From: an uncultured archaeon
GTDB lineage: Archaea > Thermoplasmatota > Thermoplasmata > Thermoplasmatales > Thermoplasmataceae
Direction of reading: 5' to 3'
Length of the DNA: 64,000 bases
Assembly: GCA_000965745.1 (NCBI GenBank)
Contig: CP009479.1
Location: 928,001 to 992,000, forward strand
This document shows, piece by piece, positions 38,450 through 48,197 of this stretch (position 1 is its first letter; each line of letters starts with the position of its first letter). Made by a program: the position numbers and the translations under genes. Under the pieces are notes generated by a model. The model made no database searches. It worked only from the letters and a program-made list of their open reading frames with translations, and was not told where the DNA came from.

Positions 38450-40003
38450 TTATATTATTTTTTTATGGGCATCGTCTATGGCCTCAAATGCGGCATTTCT
38501 CCCGGATAATCCTGACACCCCGCCTCCGGGATGGGTAGCTGCGCTGCACATATATAAGCCTGTAAGAGGGGTTCTATATTTGCTGTATCCGGGGAAAGGC
38601 CTAAGCGCCATCATCTGGTGCACGGTTGGCTGCCCGAATACCGGGTCTCCATTAATCACGTTAGCATTCTTAGATTCAATGTCCTGCGGGCTCATCACGA
38701 CACTCTTAAGAATGGAGTTATTTATGTTTGGGGCATATTCCGCAAGCCTGTCCATCGATATCCTGTAAATTTCTTCTTTGGCATCCTTGGACCACTCTTT
38801 TCCGCCAACCCTGGCAGGTGCCCTCACAAAGTTCCACATTATGTGCTTTCCCGGGGGAGCCCTAGTCCCGTCAAAAATGGTTGAATTATTTAATGTCATG
38901 AATGGATGTTGCGGGATTCTTCCTGTTGTAGAGTCGTTGAAGGCTCTTGAAATCTCATCTACCGATTCCCCAATCTGCACCATTCCCGCCTCACTGGCTT
39001 CCTCTGCAATATAATTGGGCGCCTCACCAAGCGCGGCGTGTATCATAATCTGAGTAACATCGGAATATTTGAAATGGTCAACCTTACGTAAGAAGCTTTC
39101 AGGAAGTGATGAATCTTGCACTATCTTTTTGAAAAGTGCCTTAGGCTCTATATTTGAGATAATCCCTCGCTTTGCGGTGAATGATTTGCCGCTTCTGGTT
39201 TTTATTCCAGTTGCTCTTCCAGAATTCACCTTGACCTCTACAACCTCGTCTCCAATAACGAATTCCCCCTTGAGTGTTCTGATATATTTCTCAAAAGCAT
39301 TTGTGAGTGTGTTCATTCCACCAATGGGTATGGAAGACCCTCTTTCCTGGAGGAGGCCTACAAACGTTATCGCCAGCAATGCTCCTCCTGCGCTTTCAGG
39401 CGAAAGAGGGGCATGGTTGGCAGCCCATATTGCGTAAAAAGCCTTCAATTCTTCAGATTCAAATGTCTCGTCCAGCCAATCCCTTACAGACATGAATGAT
39501 AGTCTCATGAACTCCAGCCCCTCCTCATTTTCTTCGAGAAGGGCCATCGTATTGGAATAGTCTGAAGGTGGTGATGAAAAGCTCGCCTCCATCATTTCCT
39601 GTACGCTTCTGTAGTAATCATGAAGATTCCTGTATGCCAGAGCATCTTTCTTTGAAAACTGCTCAATTGATTTCACAGTTGAATCCAAGTTTCTGTGGAT
39701 TGTTATAGCCTTCCTGCTCTTGAACGGAGTTGACGCAACAACCTCTGGGTCAATGTATCTGTAACCATAATCCTTCAGCCCAAGTTCCTGTTCCACCGGC
39801 CCGAGTTTCCATATGTTTATGGAAGAGGCCAGGACATCGTGGTGAAAACCGGGCAGAGTTATATCGCCCGTTATTGCACATCCGCCAAGATGCTGTTCTT
39901 TCTCAACAACAAGAGTTGAAAATCCCTCTTTTGCCAGATATGCGGCGGCAGCCAGTCCGTTTGTGCCTCCTCCGAGTATTATGAAATCGTAAGCCCCAGA
40001 CAT
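38450..40003 (-). CDS. FAD-dependent oxidoreductase, phytoene desaturase-like (COG1233 type)
   Basis: GGGTNGLAAAAYLA, TLPGFHHD, YRTPLTGLYMCSAATHPGGGVSG. Confidence 0.85.
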   Translation of the reverse strand: MSGAYDFIILGGGTNGLAAAAYLAKEGFSTLVVEKEQHLGGCAITGDITLPGFHHDVLASSINIWKLGPVEQELGLKDYGYRYIDPEVVASTPFKSRKAITIHRNLDSTVKSIEQFSKKDALAYRNLHDYYRSVQEMMEASFSSPPSDYSNTMALLEENEEGLEFMRLSFMSVRDWLDETFESEELKAFYAIWAANHAPLSPESAGGALLAITFVGLLQERGSSIPIGGMNTLTNAFEKYIRTLKGEFVIGDEVVEVKVNSGRATGIKTRSGKSFTAKRGIISNIEPKALFKKIVQDSSLPESFLRKVDHFKYSDVTQIMIHAALGEAPNYIAEEASEAGMVQIGESVDEISRAFNDSTTGRIPQHPFMTLNNSTIFDGTRAPPGKHIMWNFVRAPARVGGKEWSKDAKEEIYRISMDRLAEYAPNINNSILKSVVMSPQDIESKNANVINGDPVFGQPTVHQMMALRPFPGYSKYRTPLTGLYMCSAATHPGGGVSGLSGRNAAFEAIDDAHKKII

Positions 40004-40256
40004 ATAATATCTCCCGATGGCGTAATGTTAACACACGAATATAATTCTTTCAAAAATAGTATCTTCGGCACATAAAAATTTTTGACCAAATCACCAGGTC
40101 TATCGGTTGTAGTTAGAGCGTGTCTGTTTCGAGTGCATAATGCAATCGACGCCCTAAAATCTATAGTACAGAGTGCAATATAACTATTATCAAAACGCAA
40201 TACACTCAAAAGCGAATATTTAAATATAGAGAGACAGATTATATAAGGAGTTATAC

Positions 40257-41672
40257 ATGAAAAGCGGAGATCCCTTAAAGGCATGGCCCGATGTTCCAGT
40301 TAAGGCATACGTGCAGTTAACTGACAACGAGAAGAAACTGCTTGGACGACGACAGAAGATCATTTTGATCTGGAGTATCCTTGCCTCTTTCACCTATGCG
40401 TTAATCTGGTATTGGCTTAATGCAGTAGGTATAAGCCCGAACCCTACGTTGATCTCGGTTGCCCACACATACAGCTTTTCGCCGACACAGATTGGATATC
40501 TTGTATCAGCATTTGCTGCAGGTTTTATCATAACCAATTTTATCTGGGGGCACCTAAACGACAACTACTGGCCATATAGAATTGTGACAGTCGGCCTGAT
40601 AGTGGCTGGACTGACGACATTGATTTTTCCCTATGTACACAGTCTCAGTGGCATGATTGCAATAAGGCTGGTAGAGGGAATATTCAACGGTGCTGCCTGG
40701 TCCGGTCTGGTCAAGACCGTCCAGCTCTGGTTCCCCATTGAGAAGAGGTCAAGATACCTCGGAATCATGATAGCGGTTTACAGCTGGGCTATTTCTGCCG
40801 ACGAACTTCTGGGGCAGTCTTTCATGGCTGCAACGGGAGGATGGCAGGAATGGGCAATCATAGTCGGAATCCTAGGGCTTGTTGTTGGTGCAATCACCTT
40901 TTTCACGGCAAAACCATACGGTCCGATGGTAGGCCTTCCACATCTTGACTGGGGAGACGTACCGCCTGCTAAGAACATGACCTTCAAGAACGTATCAGTG
41001 GCTCTATACAAATTCAGATGGATGATCCTGGCAATCCTTTCCGGTTTCGTTGTAATTGGAGGTGCCAATGTCATTAGTGCTTTCTACATACCGGACGTTC
41101 TGGGAGCAATACACCATATGACCGGCCCGCAGATCGGACTTCTGGCAACTGTGTGGGGAGTAGGTCAGGGAATCCTGATACTTATATTCGGCCCACTTAG
41201 TGACAGGCTCAGAAAGAGAGTGATATTCATCAAGATTGGACTCGGAGGATCAGTTCTGGCAATGATTGGTGTGATTTACGCAGCATTGACTCCGGGGCTC
41301 TCGATGCCAATGATGTACCTGATCACAATTTCAACCGGCTGGCCCTTCCTGATCGCAGGCCCGGTTTTTGCCCTTCTGGCTGACAGGTACGGGGTCCAGA
41401 TGGTCGGTGCAGCTTCTGCCCATTTTGAAGGTTTTGGAACTGGTGGAGGTGCGTTTGTACTCCCGCTCATAGTGGGGGGAATGTCTGCATCCACAGCATT
41501 TGGCGTGACATCACCGTATCCATGGGTGGTAATGGCGGCAATATTCTTCGTGATATTCCTGTTCTGGCTGCCACAGAAAGACTATACTGTTTCCCAGTCT
41601 CTTGTGGACGTTAAGACCCTGGAAAAGGAGAAGAGAGAGAAGGAAATAGAATTCGGCCTCGTGGAAGATTAG
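40257..41672 (+). CDS. MFS transporter
   Basis: 12-TM pattern; IRLVEGIF, VQLWFPIEKRSR, GPLSDRLRKR. Confidence 0.85.
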   Translation: MKSGDPLKAWPDVPVKAYVQLTDNEKKLLGRRQKIILIWSILASFTYALIWYWLNAVGISPNPTLISVAHTYSFSPTQIGYLVSAFAAGFIITNFIWGHLNDNYWPYRIVTVGLIVAGLTTLIFPYVHSLSGMIAIRLVEGIFNGAAWSGLVKTVQLWFPIEKRSRYLGIMIAVYSWAISADELLGQSFMAATGGWQEWAIIVGILGLVVGAITFFTAKPYGPMVGLPHLDWGDVPPAKNMTFKNVSVALYKFRWMILAILSGFVVIGGANVISAFYIPDVLGAIHHMTGPQIGLLATVWGVGQGILILIFGPLSDRLRKRVIFIKIGLGGSVLAMIGVIYAALTPGLSMPMMYLITISTGWPFLIAGPVFALLADRYGVQMVGAASAHFEGFGTGGGAFVLPLIVGGMSASTAFGVTSPYPWVVMAAIFFVIFLFWLPQKDYTVSQSLVDVKTLEKEKREKEIEFGLVED

Positions 41673-41681
41673 TTACTCGGC

Positions 41682-41712
41682 GAAAGCGGAAACGCTTTCC
41701 ACACTATATTTT
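41682..41712 (+). terminator. GNRA-loop hairpin after the MFS gene
   Basis: GAAAGCG-GAAA-CGCTTTC followed by a T-rich stretch. Confidence 0.45.
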
Positions 41713-41823
41713 TAATAAAACAATCACTTTTTTATTAATTAAGTATTTTACTCCCGGAATCCAGCAGAAAATGCTATTTGCAAAAGCTTTATATTTTTAA
41801 AGGTAAATCGGTATAAGAAAGCA

Positions 41824-42639
41824 ATGAGTTACAAGTATGACTTCGATCTGGAAAGAAAGGAACCTTATTCACCACAGGAGTTTATTGATCTCATGGGGAA
41901 TATTGCTGAAGAAAGGTGGGCAGGAATACACCATCCGCTAGTCAAGAAATTCCTCAAGGGTGAGCTGTCTAAGGAGCAGCTCAAGATCTGGGCAATACAG
42001 GAGTACTGGTTTTACAAGGGACCATCATACTGGTCTGCGGCTGAAGCTGCGAATGCACCCACACTATTGGATCAGCAGATACTCATGGACCCGCTTGTCA
42101 CTGAGATGGGAACAGGCGAGAAAGAATCCCACGTCTCTCTCTACATTAAATTCTGCAAGGCACTTGGGGCAACCGAAGATGAAGTAATCAACACGCCGCT
42201 TCTCCCAGGGACAGTTTCTGGAGTGATGGAATTCTACAACATATGCAAATTTCTTCCACTTCCCGAGGCCCTTGCCGCTGAAAAAATAGCCGGTGAAAAT
42301 GTCAATAAGATAAGGCACGAAAAGTATGTGGAAGCCTACAAGAAATATTACACATTTGTTCCAGAAGATGCAATGATATTCCATGCGGAACACGTTGAAG
42401 AAGATGTTGGGCACACACAGATAGGCCAGTACCTTGTCAAGAAATACGCGACCTCAAAGGAAGGGCAGAACAGAATGTGGGAAGCAGAGGTAAGATTCCT
42501 GGCACTCCAGTGGGTCCTTTACGATTCCATCTACAGAGTTGCCGTAGAAAAGGAGGACGTCCCAACGTTCAAAGTAAGCCAGTTCTTCCCGCTCCCCTAC
42601 TTCGACACCAATGACATCCCCGTTCCCGAATTCGACTGA
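41824..42639 (+). CDS. heme-oxygenase-like diiron oxidase (TenA/PqqC/CADD fold)
   Basis: HHPLVKKFLKGELSKEQLKIWAIQEY; CADD-like ligand pattern TEMG...ESH, GEN, EHVEEDVGH. Confidence 0.8.
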   Translation: MSYKYDFDLERKEPYSPQEFIDLMGNIAEERWAGIHHPLVKKFLKGELSKEQLKIWAIQEYWFYKGPSYWSAAEAANAPTLLDQQILMDPLVTEMGTGEKESHVSLYIKFCKALGATEDEVINTPLLPGTVSGVMEFYNICKFLPLPEALAAEKIAGENVNKIRHEKYVEAYKKYYTFVPEDAMIFHAEHVEEDVGHTQIGQYLVKKYATSKEGQNRMWEAEVRFLALQWVLYDSIYRVAVEKEDVPTFKVSQFFPLPYFDTNDIPVPEFD

Positions 42640-42643
42640 ATGA

Positions 42644-43444
42644 ATGGTGAATCCTGAAATGGCCGAAGTGAAAGGGAAACTGGAAAACAGGGTTGCGATA
42701 GTAACAGGAGGAAATTCCGGCATAGGACGAGGCATCGCTCTTGCTCTGGCGAAAGAAGGCGCATCTGTCGCCATTGGCGACATAGTCGACACACCAAGAG
42801 AGGGTGGAAAGGATACAGCATCGGTGATCAGAGACAATGGCGGGAAAGCCATTTTTGTCAAGACTGACGTATCGGACGAAAAATCCGTGGAAAATCTTGT
42901 GGAATCGGCAGTAAAGGAGTTAGGCAGTCTAGACATCATGGTCAACAACGCAGGGATAACACTCATGAAAAGCGCCCTCGACACTAGTGGAGACGAATTC
43001 CTCAACGTCCTGTCTGTAAACGTGAAGGGGGCATTCCTGGGGTCAAAATATGCCCTGAAGCACATGGTCAGGGCCCAGAAAGGGAAGATTATCAATCTTG
43101 CGTCCAACTTTTCTTACAACGCCCTTCCTAACCTTTCCGCGTACGTGACATCCAAGACTGCTGTACTGGGGCTCACCAGGGCACTTGCAGTGGAGTACGC
43201 GCCGGTGGGTATAAACGTGAACGCCATCTGCCCGGGAGCAACTAAGACGGAATTCACCAGGCCATTCTGGGGAAACAAGGAAGGGCTTAGCGAACTCAAG
43301 TCAAGAACGCCTCTGATGAAGAACGGGGAATTCCTGGTGAAGCCTGAAGATCTTGGGAAGCTTGCAGTTTTTCTTGCATCTGATGATTCCGACATGATAA
43401 CTGGAGAGGGAATCCTGGTAGATGCCGGCTGGAGCGCAATGTAG
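42644..43444 (+). CDS. short-chain dehydrogenase/reductase
   Basis: VTGGNSGIG, NNAG, YVTSK. Confidence 0.92.
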   Translation: MVNPEMAEVKGKLENRVAIVTGGNSGIGRGIALALAKEGASVAIGDIVDTPREGGKDTASVIRDNGGKAIFVKTDVSDEKSVENLVESAVKELGSLDIMVNNAGITLMKSALDTSGDEFLNVLSVNVKGAFLGSKYALKHMVRAQKGKIINLASNFSYNALPNLSAYVTSKTAVLGLTRALAVEYAPVGINVNAICPGATKTEFTRPFWGNKEGLSELKSRTPLMKNGEFLVKPEDLGKLAVFLASDDSDMITGEGILVDAGWSAM

Positions 43445-43536
43445 AAAAATTTTCCAAAAAAATATTTTTTTTTCAAAAGCACACCGGCCATCCTACATAA
43501 TCACATTTTAGCATGCTCTTGTAATCGCTGCTTCTA

Positions 43537-44400
43537 ATGGTCGATAAAAATTTAAGCCCTTCTCACCTTAAAGCAGATATGAGCACTGAGAGCAAAGCAG
43601 AAGACATTATCAGAATGGTGTCTGAAGCCAAGGTCTATGACTTGGGACAGCCTTACTGGAAGGGAATGCCTGTACATCCTGCCGACCCACCCTTTGTTTT
43701 CTTCCTGTACAGGTACCACGAGCACACTGCAAAACTCTTCAAGGATATAGCCCCGGGTTTCGCCGACTCGATCGGATACATGACTTCCTCCATGCACGCC
43801 GGAACCCATCTGGACATGCCGGTCCATATGTCAAGGAACCTCAAGGTGATGGGGGAGGACATAACAAAATACGAGGACGACAGAGGCTATGTCGATGTTC
43901 CCGAAAAGCTTCCCACAGTAGACAGAATTAAACCGATAGTTAAGCGCGCAGTGCTGTTTGATGTACCAAAGACCAAGAACCTGGACATTCTGGACGAGAG
44001 GTATGAGATAACACCCGAAGACCTTGAAAAGACTCTTGAATCGGAGAATGTTGAGTTGAGGCCGGGGGACTGTGCATTGATAAGAACTGGCTACTCGAGA
44101 TTCTTTGAAACAGATGCTGACGCATACCTGCACAAGTTCGCAGGGCTCGGGGCCAAAGCAGCCCAGTGGCTTGTTGACAAAGGGGTATCACTCGTGGGCA
44201 TAGACAACCTTGCTGCCGGCGTTCCGAAGCCTTTCGAGGTGCACAACATCATACTTACGGACAATGGAAAATTCCTGATGAAGAGCCTGATGCTTGAAGA
44301 TCTTGCAAAGGACAGCAGGTACGTTTCCATGGTCGTGGTCTCCCCCCTCAGGATAAAAGGCGGAGAAGCATCCCTTGTAAGGCCAATAGCTATCGCCTGA
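43537..44400 (+). CDS. cyclase family metal hydrolase (kynurenine formamidase/isatin hydrolase-like)
   Basis: HAGTHLDMPVH, LIRTG, PLRIKGGEASLVRPIA; ATG at 43579 may be the true start. Confidence 0.88.
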   Translation: MVDKNLSPSHLKADMSTESKAEDIIRMVSEAKVYDLGQPYWKGMPVHPADPPFVFFLYRYHEHTAKLFKDIAPGFADSIGYMTSSMHAGTHLDMPVHMSRNLKVMGEDITKYEDDRGYVDVPEKLPTVDRIKPIVKRAVLFDVPKTKNLDILDERYEITPEDLEKTLESENVELRPGDCALIRTGYSRFFETDADAYLHKFAGLGAKAAQWLVDKGVSLVGIDNLAAGVPKPFEVHNIILTDNGKFLMKSLMLEDLAKDSRYVSMVVVSPLRIKGGEASLVRPIAIA

Positions 44401-44541
44401 AAACAAACCCCATTTTTATACACATCTCATTTTTTGCCCTCTCTCCGAACCGGGTTGCAAGTTTCTTTTCTCTTCCGGAATTATGCTCAGCCAAAGCACA
44501 AAATTATTACATATAATCCTTCTATTCCAACTGGTGATACT

Positions 44542-45759
44542 ATGACTTCAGAGACAGGCAAACAGTATTATGGTGATGATTGGTGGGTCAGCCCCTTCAA
44601 TTCGGTCGGCAACGATGAGATGAAAGTCAAGCTTCCTAAGAATGTACAGATTCATGACGTTACTCTAAGGGATGGAGAACAGACTCCCGGGATAGTATTC
44701 AACAAAGACGACAAGGTAAACATATCAAGGGCATTGAGCGAGATAGGCGTCCACAGGATTGAGGTCGGGATGCCGGTCATATCAAAGGAGGAGAAGGACG
44801 CAATAAAAACAATAACTTCAGAGAAGCTCTCGTCCAAGATATTCACACTTGCAAGGCTTATAAAAAACGATGTTGATCAATCGGCAGAATCGGGCGTGGA
44901 TGGCGTCATCCTTGAAACCCCTCTGGGAACCCCAAAGAGGAAGCAGCTCGGATGGTCTGTTGAAAAAGCAATGGACCTCACACTTGAAATGATCGACTAT
45001 GCAAAATCATACGGCCTCTTTGTATCGACTTTTGGGGTTGACACAACGAGAACCGAGGAGGATATTTACATGGATTACATCAAGGCGGTCACAAAGACAA
45101 AGGCAGACTCGATCACACTGGTGGACACATTCGGCTGCATAACATACGAAGGAATGTCATATCTTGCGGAGAAAGTTTCAAAGCTGACAGACAAGCCTCT
45201 TGAGGTCCACACACACAATGATTTCGGCCTTTCAGTGGCATCCTCCTTTGCTGCGGTGGCAAAGGGCGCTTCAACGGTCCATGTCGCAGTGAACGGAATT
45301 GGCGAAAGAACGGGGAATGCTCCACTTGATGAGATTGCGACGGGCCTGAAGTACCTCTACGGTATCGACACCGGAGTTAAGCTGAACAAGCTCTTCGAAC
45401 TGTCAAGGATGGTAGAGAAAAGATCTAACTTCATGCTTCCAAGCAACAAGCCTTTCGTGGGTACAAGGGCATTTGCAAGGGAAAGTGGTATATCTGTGGC
45501 CGGATGGGCAAAATTCAACCTTGGTTCAGAGCCAGTGCTTCCCGATGTTGTAGGAAACAAACACGAGGTAGTCGTGGGGAAGAAGAGTGGAAAGGGCTCA
45601 ATCGAGTACAAACTCAAAGAGCTTAGCCTATGGAATGACAACATCAAAGAGGAACAGCTTGAAAAGCTAATGATGATGGTAAAGGACAAGGCTCAGGCAA
45701 CCAAGAAGGAAGTGTCTGAGGAAGACTTCAGAAAATTTGCCGGGGAAGTCCTCTCCTAA
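44542..45759 (+). CDS. DRE-TIM metallolyase (homocitrate/isopropylmalate synthase-like, no regulatory domain)
   Basis: HDVTLRDGEQTPG, EVHTHNDFG, NGIGERTGN, GKKSG; ATG 44542 follows GGTGA. Confidence 0.85.
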   Translation: MTSETGKQYYGDDWWVSPFNSVGNDEMKVKLPKNVQIHDVTLRDGEQTPGIVFNKDDKVNISRALSEIGVHRIEVGMPVISKEEKDAIKTITSEKLSSKIFTLARLIKNDVDQSAESGVDGVILETPLGTPKRKQLGWSVEKAMDLTLEMIDYAKSYGLFVSTFGVDTTRTEEDIYMDYIKAVTKTKADSITLVDTFGCITYEGMSYLAEKVSKLTDKPLEVHTHNDFGLSVASSFAAVAKGASTVHVAVNGIGERTGNAPLDEIATGLKYLYGIDTGVKLNKLFELSRMVEKRSNFMLPSNKPFVGTRAFARESGISVAGWAKFNLGSEPVLPDVVGNKHEVVVGKKSGKGSIEYKLKELSLWNDNIKEEQLEKLMMMVKDKAQATKKEVSEEDFRKFAGEVLS

Positions 45760-45884
45760 TTTTTACCACATCTATATTCAATTTTTTCTGAGGTACCTAA
45801 ACCTCACCGGAATTTTGTCAAACTTCAGTATAATGTAATGGCATCTTTTAAATAACCAGTTTCAATTTTCTGTCCGGTGAAATT

Positions 45885-46730
45885 ATGAGTTGGGGAAAAT
45901 CTCCGGGAAGCCCGGATGTTCAGGAAGAAATTGACTGGAAAAGAAAGCAGACCCCTCCTGGAAAGAGGCTGGATGGACAGTATGCACTTGTAACTGGAGC
46001 ATCCAGGGGCTTTGGTAGAACCATCGCACTTGCTCTTGCAGAAGAAGGGGCACATGTGGCAGTCAACTACAACAGGTCCAAGAATGACGCAGAGGAAGTC
46101 GTTAAGGAAATTCAGTCCAAGGGGGTCAAGGCCATAGCTGTCCAGGCAGACATAAGGGACAGGAAGCAGGTTATTGCAATGGCAGACAAGGTCTGGAGCG
46201 AATGGGGCCGACTCGACATTCTCATCAACAATGCCGGTGAGACTGCTGCAAGCATGCAGTCATGGAGAGACATGGATGATGAGATAATAGATGAAACACT
46301 TGACCTTGATGTGAAGGGAACATTGTACTGCCTTCACGAATTTGGAATGAGGATGCTGGACAAGCAGAAAGAGGGCACAATAGTCAACGTTGCATCAAAT
46401 GTTATCGTAACAGGAAGCCCGAGATCACCAGTATATGCTGCTGCAAAATACGGAATAATCGGTCTGACAAAATCATACGCACTGGCATTCGCGCCGTATG
46501 TAAGGGTAAACGCAATGGCACCGGGATACATGGATACCCCTTCCCTCAGATCCAGGAAGGACTGGACTGATGACAGAAGGCAGTTTATGGTCAGCCAGAC
46601 GCCTCTGAGATCAATAGGCAAACCGGAAAACATAGCCTACACTGCAGTATTCCTGGCATCACAGGACTCTTTCCACATGACTGGAAACACGCTTCTCTGT
46701 GATGGCGGATTTGGAATGGTAGGAGCTTAA
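45885..46730 (+). CDS. short-chain dehydrogenase/reductase
   Basis: VTGASRGFG, NNAG, YAAAK. Confidence 0.92.
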   Translation: MSWGKSPGSPDVQEEIDWKRKQTPPGKRLDGQYALVTGASRGFGRTIALALAEEGAHVAVNYNRSKNDAEEVVKEIQSKGVKAIAVQADIRDRKQVIAMADKVWSEWGRLDILINNAGETAASMQSWRDMDDEIIDETLDLDVKGTLYCLHEFGMRMLDKQKEGTIVNVASNVIVTGSPRSPVYAAAKYGIIGLTKSYALAFAPYVRVNAMAPGYMDTPSLRSRKDWTDDRRQFMVSQTPLRSIGKPENIAYTAVFLASQDSFHMTGNTLLCDGGFGMVGA

Positions 46731-46771
46731 CCCTTCTTTTTATTTTCTAATTTTTACATCAGGTGAAAAAA

Positions 46772-48046
46772 ATGAGTGGAAAGCAAGGTACGGATATAGC
46801 AAACGCAATAGACAAAGAGTATCTGAAGCAGCTTGTGGTTGACATGGTCAACATACCGAGCCCTACAGGCAATGAGCAGCAGATGGGCGAATATGTGGCC
46901 CAGAAGATGAAAGAGCTCGGGATGGACGTAATCTGGCAGGAGGTCGAAGAGGGAAGGCCGAATGTAATAGGCATTCTGAGAGGAGACGGGACAGGGCCGT
47001 CACTGGAATTCGACGGCCATCTGGATGTTTCGTTCACCGGAACGGAAGAATTCATGTCGGGTGGCGCCTCTGCGGCTACAGCATCAATAAGGGAAGTCAA
47101 TGGAGAAGACTGGATATTCGGAGTAGGGAGCTTCAATATGAAAGGGGCTCTTGGAGCATACCTGGCGGCTGTCAAGGCAATTGTGGACTCAAAGATCAAG
47201 CTGAAGGGAGACCTCGTAATTTCTGCTACGTGCGGAGAGATCGAGGAAACACAGGTGGACGACTTCAAAGGAAAACAGTACAGAGGATATGGCGCTGGTG
47301 CCAAGTACGCAACATCGCACGGAGTCCTTCCGGATTATGCAGTTCTTGGAGAGCCAACAGGGCTTAACCTGATGATTGGACACTTCGGGTCATTCTGGGT
47401 AAAACTTACAGCAAGGGGCGGCACTGTCGTTCACACCGCATGGTCCAGGGAAACGCTGAACAAGATAGAGCAGTTCAACAAGGTTGTGGATCGTGTATCT
47501 GCCTGGAAGAAGGAGTTTGCTGACAAGACTCCCTACAAAGGGTACAACGGAATCGTGAACATAGCTGCAATCAACGGTGGGAGGCCATGGAAAGGTTCCA
47601 GGACCCCGGAGTCTGTTTCCCTTTACATGGACATCAGGTATCCGCCCGACTGGACTGCAATGCAGGTAAAGACAGAGATCGAAAAAATGGTTGAGAAACT
47701 CAACAGCGAAGACCCGGAGCTGAACCTTGTTGCCCAGCCGTATGCCATAAACCCGCCTACGGAAGTGCCCGATGATGCAGAGATAGTGACTGCCGTAAGA
47801 AATGCACACAAGCAAATCCTCGGCAAGGAACCGGGAACAACCTATGAACTCTGGTATTCCAACGCTCCAAGTTTCAATGCACTCGGAGCCAAAGCCATAA
47901 ACTACGGGCCATCAGGGGCGAAGAGGATAGAGGGGCTTACTCTCTCTGACAAGGACAGGGAATATATCAACGTAGACGACCTGTATCAGTGCACAAGGGT
48001 TTACTCACTTCTTGTATCTGATATTTGCATGAGAGAAAGAAACTAA
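46772..48046 (+). CDS. M20 family (ArgE/DapE-like) deacylase
   Basis: GRPNVIG, FDGHLDV, NMKG, GEIE, LGEPT; ATG 46772 after AGGTGA. Confidence 0.85.
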   Translation: MSGKQGTDIANAIDKEYLKQLVVDMVNIPSPTGNEQQMGEYVAQKMKELGMDVIWQEVEEGRPNVIGILRGDGTGPSLEFDGHLDVSFTGTEEFMSGGASAATASIREVNGEDWIFGVGSFNMKGALGAYLAAVKAIVDSKIKLKGDLVISATCGEIEETQVDDFKGKQYRGYGAGAKYATSHGVLPDYAVLGEPTGLNLMIGHFGSFWVKLTARGGTVVHTAWSRETLNKIEQFNKVVDRVSAWKKEFADKTPYKGYNGIVNIAAINGGRPWKGSRTPESVSLYMDIRYPPDWTAMQVKTEIEKMVEKLNSEDPELNLVAQPYAINPPTEVPDDAEIVTAVRNAHKQILGKEPGTTYELWYSNAPSFNALGAKAINYGPSGAKRIEGLTLSDKDREYINVDDLYQCTRVYSLLVSDICMRERN

Positions 48047-48197
48047 AGTCGCCAAAAAGGAGAGTTTTAGAAACTCCCAATTTTAATTTTTTTTCAATAA
48101 ACCACAAAATACCTGTTTCTATGCATTGATATATAAACGGGACCTTATATGTAATAGTTCGAAATACGAAAGATTATAATGAAATCAGAATCTTTAT

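Noticed and set aside
38450-40003. Carotenoid biosynthesis (crtI)
   Set aside because: No phytoene synthase or other crt genes nearby; the family includes many non-carotenoid oxidoreductases
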